64,000 bases of DNA. It comes from an uncultured Planctomycetia bacterium. GTDB taxonomy: Bacteria; Omnitrophota; Gorgyraeia; JABMRN01; RBG-13-46-9. The position numbers and the translations under genes are program-made. The stretch spans positions 31,444 through 95,443 of the forward strand of contig CAYTQI010000001.1 of the NCBI GenBank assembly GCA_964440235.1, given 5' to 3'. Under the pieces are notes generated by a model. The model saw only the letters and a list, made by a program, of their open reading frames with translations, was not told the DNA's origin and made no database searches. Of the stretch, positions 27,437 to 37,286 are shown one piece after another (position 1 is the stretch's first letter; the number at the start of each line of letters is the position of its first letter).

Positions 27437-28870
27437 CTATGCCCCGGCGCTCACGATCCTATTTTTTCCTTTTTGCTTGGCGCTAACGAGCGCAAGCTTG
27501 GCCTTCTCAAGAATTTCATCCACGTTTGATCCGTCAAGCGGATTTTCGCTTACTCCGCCCGAAACGGTTACCCTGTCGTCTTTTGCGGAAGAAAGTTCAA
27601 GTTTTTCTATTTTTTTTATAGCTTTTTCTGAAATTTCCACCGCTTCCTTCTTGTTTACTTCCGGCAATATGAGAGCGAATGTGTTTCTGTCGATTACGCC
27701 GGCCTTCCCCAGAGGCTGCGCGACCCGGCTTATGAGCCCGGCGACTTTCCTGAGGGCTATCTCGGCCTGGGGTTTCCCCCTTTTGTCTTCATACCCCTTA
27801 AAATCGTCAATATCCATGAGGACGAATGAACACGGCCTCTGCGAAACAACAGAACGCTTTATTTCCTCATTCAGGCGGTTTAAAATATAGGTTTTATTAA
27901 AAAGTTCCGTAAGCTCGTCTTTTATCTCAAGCTTATTCGCTTTTCGCAAAAGAATATCGTTTTCTATAGCTATAGAGGTTTGTTCCGCGAAAACCTTTAT
28001 TATCTCAATATCATCGCTTGTGTATGTAAAGTTTTTCATGTCATTACCCGCGACCAGAAGCATTCGGACATCTTTAGAAACAACCATGGGATAGGCTACT
28101 AAATTTCTGCATTTATACCTGGTTTTAAACTGCTGTTCCACCGAAGAAAACCTTGTAGAGGAATCTACGGTAATATGCTTCCTCCTTAGAAGCGCTTTTC
28201 CGAGAAGCCCCTTTCCTTCCTCTACCGGGCCGGCCAGGAGTTCCTTGCCTTCCAGATTGCGCGCCGCCTTCAAATCAAACTGTTTTTTTTCGGAGGAATC
28301 AGAGTAGTACAAAGCCGCGAATCCGTTTTCGTAAATCTGGGATAATTTGCTCACAACAAGCTCCAGAATGCTATCCACCTTAACGGAAGCGGAAATAAGC
28401 TCGCCTATCTGAAGGAGGTTAGACAAAACCGAAACCCGCTTCTGTATATCAATGTTTATCTCTTTCATCTTGTCCTGGTAATCCCTGAGGTCCGATATAT
28501 TGGTTTTTATCTTGTTGGTAAGGAAATTTATCGCGTCGCCGATCTGTCCTATTTCATCGCCGGCATCAACGGAAATTTTTTTGTCGTAATTCCCGTTTGC
28601 TATAACCTTGGCTTCCAGGGCAATATCTATAACGCGTTCCACTATGCCTTTGGCGAGAAACAACCCCAACCATGCGATGATAATGCAGAAAAGAACCACA
28701 ATGCTCACCTGCCCCAGTGTAACCCCTGTTTCCAGCAGTAAAAAATTGTTTACAAGATATCCTATAACAAGAAGCGGTATAACAGACATCATGCTAAAAG
28801 CGATCAGCAGCTTGTACCGCAGTCCGTGAGGCAAAAGTGAAAATTTTCTCAATACCGAGATATCTTTCAT
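27437..28870 (-). CDS. Membrane protein: 2 TM-HAMP-GAF-degenerate GGDEF domain
   Basis: HAMP DEIGQIG; GAF-like middle region; DELTELFN and MDIDDFK. The GG(D/E)EF signature position reads (GVI)DRNTF. Confidence 0.85.
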   Translation of the reverse strand: MKDISVLRKFSLLPHGLRYKLLIAFSMMSVIPLLVIGYLVNNFLLLETGVTLGQVSIVVLFCIIIAWLGLFLAKGIVERVIDIALEAKVIANGNYDKKISVDAGDEIGQIGDAINFLTNKIKTNISDLRDYQDKMKEINIDIQKRVSVLSNLLQIGELISASVKVDSILELVVSKLSQIYENGFAALYYSDSSEKKQFDLKAARNLEGKELLAGPVEEGKGLLGKALLRRKHITVDSSTRFSSVEQQFKTRYKCRNLVAYPMVVSKDVRMLLVAGNDMKNFTYTSDDIEIIKVFAEQTSIAIENDILLRKANKLEIKDELTELFNKTYILNRLNEEIKRSVVSQRPCSFVLMDIDDFKGYEDKRGKPQAEIALRKVAGLISRVAQPLGKAGVIDRNTFALILPEVNKKEAVEISEKAIKKIEKLELSSAKDDRVTVSGGVSENPLDGSNVDEILEKAKLALVSAKQKGKNRIVSAGA

Positions 28871-28901
28871 TTTTTTCGCTCCTTTTAATGTTTATCCTGT
28901 A

Positions 28902-28930
28902 AGTATACTTGATATAAGTATCTTTGTCAA
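28902..28930 (-). promoter_or_regulatory. Sigma70 promoter of the GGDEF-pilT-pilB-pilC operon
   Basis: TTGACA-17 nt-TATACT. Confidence 0.75.
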
Positions 28931-28951
28931 TGTTCCGCGCCCCCCTTTTTT

Positions 28952-30022
28952 TTAAAAGAGCGGGCGGCGCATGCCTATATTGAGAAGAAACCCAACGCAT
29001 ACCAGCGTTGCGGCGAGACTTGAGCCTCCGTAACTTATAAGAGGCAGAGTAAGGCCCACAACAGGCAAAAATCCTATTGTCATGCCGATGTTTATAACAA
29101 CCTGGAGAAAGAAAAAAGATACAAACCCCGCGGCCATCAACCGGCCGTACATGTCCGGGGTCGTCTCGATAATTTTCGCGCCCCTGTAAATGACAAGGGC
29201 GTAAAGAAGAACGAGAGCCAGGGCCCCCAAAAACCCCCATTCCTCCCCTACTACGGAAAATATAAAATCCGTGTGGCGCTCGGGCAAAAAGTTCAGTTGG
29301 TTCTGCGTGCCGCCAAGCCATCCTTTTCCGAAAAGCCCTCCGGATCCGACGGCTATTTTTGATTGTATTACCGTATACCCCGACCCGAGAGGGTCTATGT
29401 CGGGATTGATGAAAACAAAAATTCTTTGCTTCTGGTAATCCTTTAAAAAATTCCAGAAAACAGGCAGCGACAGGGTGCCGAAAAAAATCAGGCCGGCGAG
29501 ATGCTTTATTCTGGCGCCTGAGACAAAAAGCATCGCGAGGGTTATGGGTAAAAGAAGCAGCGCGGTTCCCAGGTCCGGTTCGATAAGGATAAGAAAAAAT
29601 GCCGGCAGGGCGATTAAAAACGCCCCTACCGTGAAATTTATTTTCGCGGCATCCATTTTCCTTCGGCTCATATACGCGGAAAGCGCCAGGACAAGGGTTA
29701 TCTTGGCAAGTTCGGACGGTTGGATATTAAACGCGCCTAAGCTTAACCACCTGTGGGCACCGCCGGCGACCCTTCCAAAAAATAATACAAGAACAAGGAG
29801 AAGTATGTTGATCCCGTACAGAGTATACGAAATACTTATGAATCTCTGGTAATCAACGCGTGTGACCGCAAGCATAAGCGCGATGCCAAATAAAATCCAA
29901 AAGGCCTGTCTCAAAACAATATTTTGATGGCCGTATTCCTTTGAAGCGCTGTAAAGCACCGCAAGGCCTATCGCGAGTATCGCAAGAACCGAAAAGAACA
30001 GTACCTTGTCGATCTTATTCAT
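28952..30022 (-). CDS. rodA: Rod shape-determining SEDS protein RodA
   Basis: Motifs IQPSE, EPDLGT, LPERHTDFIF and SYGGSS; follows mrdA. Start refined to MNKID. Confidence 0.95.
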   Translation of the reverse strand: MNKIDKVLFFSVLAILAIGLAVLYSASKEYGHQNIVLRQAFWILFGIALMLAVTRVDYQRFISISYTLYGINILLLVLVLFFGRVAGGAHRWLSLGAFNIQPSELAKITLVLALSAYMSRRKMDAAKINFTVGAFLIALPAFFLILIEPDLGTALLLLPITLAMLFVSGARIKHLAGLIFFGTLSLPVFWNFLKDYQKQRIFVFINPDIDPLGSGYTVIQSKIAVGSGGLFGKGWLGGTQNQLNFLPERHTDFIFSVVGEEWGFLGALALVLLYALVIYRGAKIIETTPDMYGRLMAAGFVSFFFLQVVINIGMTIGFLPVVGLTLPLISYGGSSLAATLVCVGFLLNIGMRRPLF

Positions 30023-30061
30023 GTTTTCCCGTACCCCGGCGTGTGTCATCACGCGGACGCA

Positions 30062-31783
30062 TTACAAAAGCTCCAATTCCTTCGCTTTTTCGATAATTTT
30101 TTTCGCGAAACGCGCGGGCCACAGCCCGCCCTTTCCCCCGTGTTCAATAAAAACAACTACACAGATTTTGGGATTCTCAAAAGGGGCGAAACCGGTAAAC
30201 CAGGCATGCGATACACCTCGCGGATTCTGCGCGGTACCGGTCTTTCCCGATATGATAATTTTTTTTGACCGTGCGTATAAGCCGGTTCCGTGTCGGGCGT
30301 TAACAACATCCCTTAGCCCCTCCCTGATCGCGTTTAGGGTTTCTTTTTTAAGCCCCGCATCGCGCGCCTCTTCCGGCGGGAATTTTACATCCTCTATCCT
30401 CTCGCAGATAACGGGTTTAACCAATTTTCCGCCGTTCGCGATAACACACATCATTCGCGCGACCTGAATAGGCGTCACGAGAAGATACCCCTGTCCTATC
30501 GCGTAATTTGCCGTTTCACCCTTAAACCAGGGCGTTTTTAATTTTCTTTTTTTCCATTCCGGAGACGGAACAAGGCCGCTTGCCTCGCCAGGAAGGTCTA
30601 CTCCTGTTTTCTCTCCGAAGCCAAACTTAAAAGCGTATTTTGATATATTGTTCGCGCCCGCGAAAAACGCGAGCTGGTAAAAAAATACATTACACGAATT
30701 TTTAATCGCCTCCCGGATATCCTGCGCGCCATGCCCTTCTTCCTTCCAGCACTTGAACTTCCTGTCTCCAACGCGAAAGCTCCCGTCACAGGAAAAAGTT
30801 TTCTTTTCGTCAAATTTACCGGACTCCAGCGCCGCCGCCGCGACGACAATTTTAAAAACGGATCCGGGCGGATACGCGGCGCTTATAGCGCGGTTTAGGA
30901 GCGGGAACGCGGATGAATCATTTAAAATAGCGTTTACTTGCCCGGAATTTTCGGGTATGATAAAAATACCCGGATCAAAAGCGGGCCGGCTGATAAGCGC
31001 CAGAACTGCCCCTGTCGAGGGATCCATGACAACTACCGCTCCTTTTTTACCTTCCATGAGTGAAACACAAAATTGCTGAAGCTCCAGGTCCATGTGCAGG
31101 TAAATATCTTTTCCGCTATCGGCTTCTTTAACAGCAAGCTGCCTTAATTGGCGCCCCCTGGAATCAACTTCTACCTGAATCCCGCCTGCCGTCCCTCTAA
31201 GATACTCGTTAAATTCACGCTCAAGGCCGTCTTTGCCGACAAAATCCTGCATGCGATAACCGTATGTCCTGCGCTTTTGTAACTCTTCCCCGCTGATCCT
31301 GCCCAGATAACCGGTTACGTGAGAAAACGTATTTCTGTAAACATAATTCCGCAACGGCCCCGTGGTCACGATAACACCGGGCAGACTCCTTCCGGCTTCT
31401 TCGATTTTGATCGCCTGATCTTTTTCAATATCTTCTGCGATTTTTACCGGTGTAAACGGTTTTCGTCGAGCCGCTTCTATCCTGCCCTTCAGGATTTTCT
31501 CCCCGATACCGGTAATACCGCTGATAATCCCGACAGCGTATTTTACATCTCTCATTTCACGAAAAATAACCCGGACATCAAAAGAAATCCGGTTACCGAC
31601 CAAAACCCTTCCCATCCTGTCGTATATCCTGCCCCTTGGCGCCTCAAGCGGAAGAACCCGTATCCTGTTGTTTTCAGAGAGGATCCTGTACAAATGGCCG
31701 CTCATTATCTGGGTATAAAAAAGGCCGGCGATAATTAAAAGAAAAGTAAAAAGAATTACCGCTTTGAATATTCTTACCCTCAT
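30062..31783 (-). CDS. mrdA: Penicillin-binding protein 2
   Basis: Motifs APRGRIYDR, PGSVFK (SxxK), SCN (SxN) and GKTGT. Confidence 0.95.
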   Translation of the reverse strand: MRVRIFKAVILFTFLLIIAGLFYTQIMSGHLYRILSENNRIRVLPLEAPRGRIYDRMGRVLVGNRISFDVRVIFREMRDVKYAVGIISGITGIGEKILKGRIEAARRKPFTPVKIAEDIEKDQAIKIEEAGRSLPGVIVTTGPLRNYVYRNTFSHVTGYLGRISGEELQKRRTYGYRMQDFVGKDGLEREFNEYLRGTAGGIQVEVDSRGRQLRQLAVKEADSGKDIYLHMDLELQQFCVSLMEGKKGAVVVMDPSTGAVLALISRPAFDPGIFIIPENSGQVNAILNDSSAFPLLNRAISAAYPPGSVFKIVVAAAALESGKFDEKKTFSCDGSFRVGDRKFKCWKEEGHGAQDIREAIKNSCNVFFYQLAFFAGANNISKYAFKFGFGEKTGVDLPGEASGLVPSPEWKKRKLKTPWFKGETANYAIGQGYLLVTPIQVARMMCVIANGGKLVKPVICERIEDVKFPPEEARDAGLKKETLNAIREGLRDVVNARHGTGLYARSKKIIISGKTGTAQNPRGVSHAWFTGFAPFENPKICVVVFIEHGGKGGLWPARFAKKIIEKAKELELL

Positions 31784-32274
31784 ATGCGCGTCGTGCCCTT
31801 TGGCCCGAATATTTTTCTCAGTATGAGAAATAGCGGCGGCGCCACGAGCCCGGTATACAGGCTCTTGTAAAAAATTATCAGCCAGAACCCGCCCGCGCTG
31901 TTTATGGCGAAACGCGGCAGTTCAAAGAATGAAATGCCTGAGATAAAAACGGCCCCCGCCGAAATAAAAAATTCCGTGATAAAATTCTCTCTGTCCAGTT
32001 TTTTTCTAAGGTACCCGGCCAAGGCTCCGATCAACAGGAAAGAAAATGTATTAACGCCGAAATTCGTCAAGCAGAATACATCCCTGAGAATACCTGCCAC
32101 GAGCCCCGTTTCGGCTCCGCGGGCCATACCGAAATGAAATCCAAAAAAAATAACCGCTATCAACAAAAAACCCGGGCTCGCGAAACAAATTCGAAGCCTG
32201 TTTGATACCGCGGCTTCAAGAAAAAACAAAACAAAAATAACCGTGTATATCTTAAATCTGCTATTCGACCGCAT
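31780..32274 (-). CDS. mreD: Rod shape-determining protein MreD
   Basis: Hydrophobic multi-TM protein with GLVAGILRD; lies between mreC and mrdA. Confidence 0.8.
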   Translation of the reverse strand: MRSNSRFKIYTVIFVLFFLEAAVSNRLRICFASPGFLLIAVIFFGFHFGMARGAETGLVAGILRDVFCLTNFGVNTFSFLLIGALAGYLRKKLDRENFITEFFISAGAVFISGISFFELPRFAINSAGGFWLIIFYKSLYTGLVAPPLFLILRKIFGPKGTTRI

Positions 32275-33043
32275 CAATACACAAAACCTCCTCAAGCCTT
32301 TCCATGTCCTCAAAAGGCTCCACGACCGCGTATTTATAAAGATCGGAATTTACGGCGCCTGTCGAGATAACCTTTCCTATCGGCAGGCCTTTCGGCGATA
32401 TCCCGCCGAATCCCGCGGTAATAACCCTCTCGCCCTTGCTGATTTTACCGTCCGGTGAAAGATATATAATTCTGCATTCCCCCCGCGGCGAACCGATTAA
32501 AAGTCCGCTCTCCCTTGAATCCTCAAGCAACGCGCCTATTCTGGAATTCGGATCCGTTAAAAGCATTATCTTACTCGAGCCGGGCGAAACCTCTTCCACG
32601 CTGCCTATCAACCCCTTTGCCGTCGCGCAGGACATGCCCTCGGTTACACCCTGACGTTTACCCTTGTTGATTATTATCGCCCTTCTCCAATCTGTTGGAT
32701 TCCGCGCTATGACGCGCGCGGCTATAACAGTGTAAGGCAGGTTTTTTTTGAAATCCAGGATATCTCGCAATCTCTCATTTTCCGCGCTTATCTCTTTCTT
32801 TCGCGCCAGGGCAATGGAAAGCGCTCCGATATCCTGTTTTAGGCGCAGATTCTCTTCGAAAAGATGACGGCCCGGAACGAAATACGCCTTCACGCCCGAT
32901 AAGGCGCAGAAAGGCTTCGCCAGGACCCCAAACGCGGATTCCCTGAAACGCGTGGAAATTTTCGAGTTAAACGTTATTATAAGTAAGGCGAGAATAAAAA
33001 AAATCAACCCGGCGGGGAATTTTCTTATCCTGTAAATACGCAT
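32261..33043 (-). CDS. mreC: Rod shape-determining protein MreC
   Basis: Motifs ENERLRDIL, IINKG, GLIG and PKGLPIG. Confidence 0.93.
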   Translation of the reverse strand: MRIYRIRKFPAGLIFFILALLIITFNSKISTRFRESAFGVLAKPFCALSGVKAYFVPGRHLFEENLRLKQDIGALSIALARKKEISAENERLRDILDFKKNLPYTVIAARVIARNPTDWRRAIIINKGKRQGVTEGMSCATAKGLIGSVEEVSPGSSKIMLLTDPNSRIGALLEDSRESGLLIGSPRGECRIIYLSPDGKISKGERVITAGFGGISPKGLPIGKVISTGAVNSDLYKYAVVEPFEDMERLEEVLCIDAVE

Positions 33044-33064
33044 TAAACACGGATTTCCTCGTGT

Positions 33065-34138
33065 CTATCGTTCTACTTTTGGGCTTACGGCGAGCCTTTT
33101 AAGATACCGTATTTCGCTTAACACCTTGCCGGTACCGAGCGCGACAGCCGTCAAAGGATCCTCTGAGATATGAACCGGCAGACCTGTTTCCTCCGATACA
33201 AGTTTATCCAATCCCCGAAGAAGAGAGCCGCCGCCGGCCATGATAAGCCCTTTTTCCATTAAATCTGCCGAAAGTTCCGGGGGCGTCCTCTCAAGCGTTA
33301 TCCGGATTGACTCGACAATCTGGGCTATGGGTTCCGCGAGCGCCTCTCTTACTTCCTCGCTTGAAACAGTAATTCTTTTTGGAAGGCCGGCCACGAGATC
33401 CCTTCCCTTTACTTCCATAGTCAGCTCTTCGTCCAACGGATATGCCGAACCTATCTTTACTTTTATTTCCTCGGCGGTCCGTTCCCCTATCATAAGGTTA
33501 TAAGTCTTCTTCAAATAATTGGTGACCGCCTCATCCATTTCGTCGCCCGCTACCCGTATTGATTTGGAAAAAACTATTCCCGCCAGCGATATGACGGCCA
33601 TTTCCGTCGTTCCCCCTCCTATATCTATGATCATGCTGCCCGAGGGTTCCTGAATCGGAAGGCCCACGCCTATGGCCGCGGCTACCGGTTCCTCTACCAT
33701 GAAAACTTCACGCGCTCCCGCGTGTAGCGCCGAATCCTTAACGGCCCTTTTCTCAACTTCGGTAATACCGGAAGGAATGGCTATGACCATCCTGGGCCTT
33801 ACCAGGCGGCGTGAATTATGAACTTTTTTTATAAAATACCTCAGCATCGCTTCTGTAATCTCAAAATCGGCGATTACGCCGTTTCTCATTGGCCGTATCG
33901 CCACGATATTCCCCGGAGTCCTTCCAAGCATCCTTTTTGCTTCTTCCCCTACCGCAAGAACATGCGAGGTACCGGCCTGAACCGCCACAACGGACGGCTC
34001 GCAAAGAACAATCCCCTGATTTTTTATGTAGACAAGTGTGCTGGCCGTGCCCAGGTCAATGCCCATATCATTTGAAAAAAGGCCCAGCAGATTATTAAAC
34101 CCCTTTGAGATCAGTTCGGCAAGTGTGTTAAGATTCAT
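33065..34138 (-). CDS. mreB: Actin-like protein MreB
   Basis: Motifs [21 protein letters not shown] and AGGGSLL. Confidence 0.98.
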   Translation of the reverse strand: MNLNTLAELISKGFNNLLGLFSNDMGIDLGTASTLVYIKNQGIVLCEPSVVAVQAGTSHVLAVGEEAKRMLGRTPGNIVAIRPMRNGVIADFEITEAMLRYFIKKVHNSRRLVRPRMVIAIPSGITEVEKRAVKDSALHAGAREVFMVEEPVAAAIGVGLPIQEPSGSMIIDIGGGTTEMAVISLAGIVFSKSIRVAGDEMDEAVTNYLKKTYNLMIGERTAEEIKVKIGSAYPLDEELTMEVKGRDLVAGLPKRITVSSEEVREALAEPIAQIVESIRITLERTPPELSADLMEKGLIMAGGGSLLRGLDKLVSEETGLPVHISEDPLTAVALGTGKVLSEIRYLKRLAVSPKVER

Positions 34139-34163
34139 TTTTACTCCGTCCCATCAAGTTACA

Positions 34164-34192
34164 ATATTATCAAAGCGGCGCTTATTTGTCAA
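34164..34192 (-). promoter_or_regulatory. Sigma70 promoter of mreBCD-mrdA-rodA
   Basis: TTGACA-17 nt-TAATAT, with TG upstream of the -10. Confidence 0.65.
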
Positions 34193-34260
34193 ACATAATC
34201 TTTTTTTATCCGACATAAAGTTATGTTTTATTTTTCGCAGAACGGTGAAGCAGGCTAACT

Positions 34261-35928
34261 TTACGTTTCTTCGATAAAAATTTCTTCTTCAATTTTGAAA
34301 TTTTTTTGAAAATTTAAATCACCCGTAAGTTGCGGCATTTTAAACTGTCCGTCATGCGCGCCCTCTTTCACCTTTTTGGCCCGGAAGCGCTCGAATTCAC
34401 CGCGCGCCACTACTTTCAAAACCGGGGCACGGAGCTCCTGGGCCTTTCTATTAAAATCATATTCTTCGCTTATGCCGCGAAGCCCCTCTTCGACCGACTT
34501 TAAAAATCCTTTCTTTTTACGCGCCTGCAGGCTGTCGCTGAACTCCGTCAGAAACACATACCGCGGCATTTTACCGGCCTCTATGGATGCCGTAACAAAC
34601 TTTACGGAAAGCCCGTGGAGGTCCTGCGCCTTCTCTACCGCTTCAACCACCTCTGATTCATAAAGCTTTTCACCGGTTACGGATGTAACATTTATGCCTT
34701 TCTGCACAAATTCAATCACGGGTGTTTTATTAAAAAATCCCAGGACGCGGATCATGTCGTCTATATTATACCTGTAAAGACCTCCCGGCGTGGTCAACAC
34801 TATAAAATATTCTTTGCCCTTTTCCAGCCGGTCGCATAAAAGCGTTCTTTTTTCTTTTTTACCGATATCCTCTCTTGGTATGAATTCGTAGAAATTGGAA
34901 CTAATCGCGAGTGTCCCGCCCGCTCCCTCGTCACTCATCGGTATTGAACAGCGCGCCTCGCTCGAAAAATACCCAAAGTCGCGAACGCGCACCCCGCCGA
35001 AATATTTCGGAAATTCCCTGAGATACAAGCCCACCGTGCCGCGCTTCCAGCATTCTATTAATTCCAGGCCCGGCCAGAAATATTTAGGCAGAAGTGTCTT
35101 TTCCGCTAGAATACGCCGCAGCTGTTCGGCCCTTTTCGGGTTTGGTTTTAGATTTTTTTCTATCGCCTTCCTGGCCTCCGGGGGAATGTCTATGCCTGCC
35201 TTCAGAGTTCCTTTTTCAATGTCATTTATGACGTCGTGCTTTACCTTCTCAATCCGCTGGCAAAGCAGGATTATCGTACTCGGCGTCATAGTGGCTATGG
35301 TAGCAATGTTCTGTTCCATCGCTATGCGCAAAATGGTGTAATATCTGGCGTTATAATCGCTGATTTCAAAAACCTCGTACGGGAGGGCGTAAAGGCGCCT
35401 CACCGCCTTAGATAAATTTTTATAACCGTGCCCGCTTTCCGCGCCGTATGGCGTGCCGCACGGCGTAAACCCGTCAACTTCGGGGCTCACTATGGCCAGG
35501 ATTTTTCCGGAGGTTATTTCCGGATGATCCCGCAATATATAATACGCCCAGAGATTCAGTACTTCCGCTTTTTTTGCCCGCGCGTATTTTGTGATCGGCA
35601 CAAATTTAGGATGCCCGCTCGACCCGCTTGTAACGCTGAAAAAAATCGGTTTCTCAAAAGTAAGAACATTCGGCTCCCCTTTCGTCATCCTGTCAACATA
35701 CGGCCGCATCGCCTCGCAGTCCGTCAAAGGCACAACCCTTTGGTAATCCCCTGTTGATTTTACGCCGGTAAAATTGTATTTTAGCCCGTATTCGGTGTTT
35801 TTGTTGCGGTCCAAAAACTCAAAAAGGACCTTTTGCTGGGCTTTTAAAGGATCCTTTGTGGCGCGTTCAAACGCGATTGCCGCGGGCGCCATGACTTTCA
35901 TGACAAGGGATGCTAAATTTACTCTCAT
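34261..35928 (-). CDS. GH3 family acyl-acid amido synthetase-like protein
   Basis: Motifs NTEYG, TSGSSGHPKFVP, YFSSE, FYEFIP, GGLYRYNIDD and GQFKMPQL. Confidence 0.88.
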   Translation of the reverse strand: MRVNLASLVMKVMAPAAIAFERATKDPLKAQQKVLFEFLDRNKNTEYGLKYNFTGVKSTGDYQRVVPLTDCEAMRPYVDRMTKGEPNVLTFEKPIFFSVTSGSSGHPKFVPITKYARAKKAEVLNLWAYYILRDHPEITSGKILAIVSPEVDGFTPCGTPYGAESGHGYKNLSKAVRRLYALPYEVFEISDYNARYYTILRIAMEQNIATIATMTPSTIILLCQRIEKVKHDVINDIEKGTLKAGIDIPPEARKAIEKNLKPNPKRAEQLRRILAEKTLLPKYFWPGLELIECWKRGTVGLYLREFPKYFGGVRVRDFGYFSSEARCSIPMSDEGAGGTLAISSNFYEFIPREDIGKKEKRTLLCDRLEKGKEYFIVLTTPGGLYRYNIDDMIRVLGFFNKTPVIEFVQKGINVTSVTGEKLYESEVVEAVEKAQDLHGLSVKFVTASIEAGKMPRYVFLTEFSDSLQARKKKGFLKSVEEGLRGISEEYDFNRKAQELRAPVLKVVARGEFERFRAKKVKEGAHDGQFKMPQLTGDLNFQKNFKIEEEIFIEET

Positions 35929-37208
35929 TTTTTTAAAAAGTCAAGTAGTTCAAAAAATTCCGGAAAAGAGATATTCACGCAATCAGCGTCTTTTATGACG
36001 GAATCGCCATCTGAGGCAATGGCCGCTATCGCGGCCGTCATTGCCATCCTGTGATCCTTAAAGGATTCCAGCCGCGCGTTCCGCAGCCTGCGTTTGCGCC
36101 CGTTAATAATTATACTGCCCCTCTCAGACCTTATATCTACGCCCATACGCCCCAGATTAGACAAAATAGCGGCTATTCTGTCTGTTTCCTTGACTCTAAG
36201 CTCCTCCGTACCTTTTATAACGGTTCTACCGATTGCCTGTGAGGCAACAACAGACAATACAGGGACTTCATCAATAAGGGCGGGTAATTCCCTTTCTTCT
36301 ATGACCGCCGACTTGAGCGGAGCATATCTTACGCGGATATCACCGTAGGGTTCGGCGTCTTTGTTTTTTGTTTTAACCTTTACGTCGGCTCCCATTCTGG
36401 AAAGAACGTTCAAAAACCCTATCCTCGTGGGGTTTAACCCCGCGTCCCTTATTGTCAGGTCCGAGCCTTCCATCATGCAGGCACCCGCGATAAAAAACGC
36501 CGCGCTTGAGATATCGCCGGGTATGAAAAATTCTTTTCCGTCCGGCCGGCTCCCGCCTTTGACTGAAGTTGTGAGGCCTTTTTTAAAAATTTTCGCACCG
36601 CAAAATTTCAGCATACGTTCGGTATGGTCTCTTGAGGCAAACGGCTCAGTCACGGACGTAACGCCCTTCGCGTGCAGGCCGGCGAATAAAATACACGATT
36701 TCACCTGGGCGCTCGCGACATTCGTGGAGTATTGAATGGGGCTTACCGCGCCGCCTCTTATTTTAAGCGGCGGGAATCCGTCTTTGTTTTTTGATTCTAT
36801 ATTCACATCCATTTTTTTTAACGGCTTCACTATCCTGTCCATTGGCCTTTTCGAAAGCGACTCATCTCCCGTAAGCGTCGCCTCAAAATTCTGGCCCGCC
36901 AGTATACCCGGTAGAATCCTCATTGTTGTTCCGGAATTACCGAGATACAAATCCCCGGCCGGCCCCTTTAAGCCTTTCATGCCGGAGGCGGTAACGGTAA
37001 CGTTTTTATTTTTAATCTCAACCTCGATACCCATATCACGCATCGCCGAAACGCTCCGAAGGCAGTCTTCGGACCCGGAAAAGTTTTTTCCGCGAGTTTT
37101 TCCGCGGGCAATACCGCCGATGAAAACAACCCTGTGCGATATGGATTTATCGCCGGGGAGGGCAAACTCCCCCCGAAGCCGCTCGGCCGGTTTTATTATT
37201 TTATCCAT
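35925..37208 (-). CDS. aroA: EPSP synthase
   Basis: Motifs PGDKSISHR, GNSGTTMR, SAQVKS, KETDRI and DHRMAM. Confidence 0.97.
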   Translation of the reverse strand: MDKIIKPAERLRGEFALPGDKSISHRVVFIGGIARGKTRGKNFSGSEDCLRSVSAMRDMGIEVEIKNKNVTVTASGMKGLKGPAGDLYLGNSGTTMRILPGILAGQNFEATLTGDESLSKRPMDRIVKPLKKMDVNIESKNKDGFPPLKIRGGAVSPIQYSTNVASAQVKSCILFAGLHAKGVTSVTEPFASRDHTERMLKFCGAKIFKKGLTTSVKGGSRPDGKEFFIPGDISSAAFFIAGACMMEGSDLTIRDAGLNPTRIGFLNVLSRMGADVKVKTKNKDAEPYGDIRVRYAPLKSAVIEERELPALIDEVPVLSVVASQAIGRTVIKGTEELRVKETDRIAAILSNLGRMGVDIRSERGSIIINGRKRRLRNARLESFKDHRMAMTAAIAAIASDGDSVIKDADCVNISFPEFFELLDFLKK

Positions 37209-37286
37209 TTCCGCCTCCGCGCGCTTCCGTGCGCGAAATTCTTAGTGTTTTCGTGTATACACAATGCGTAAGCATGGGGTATTCTA

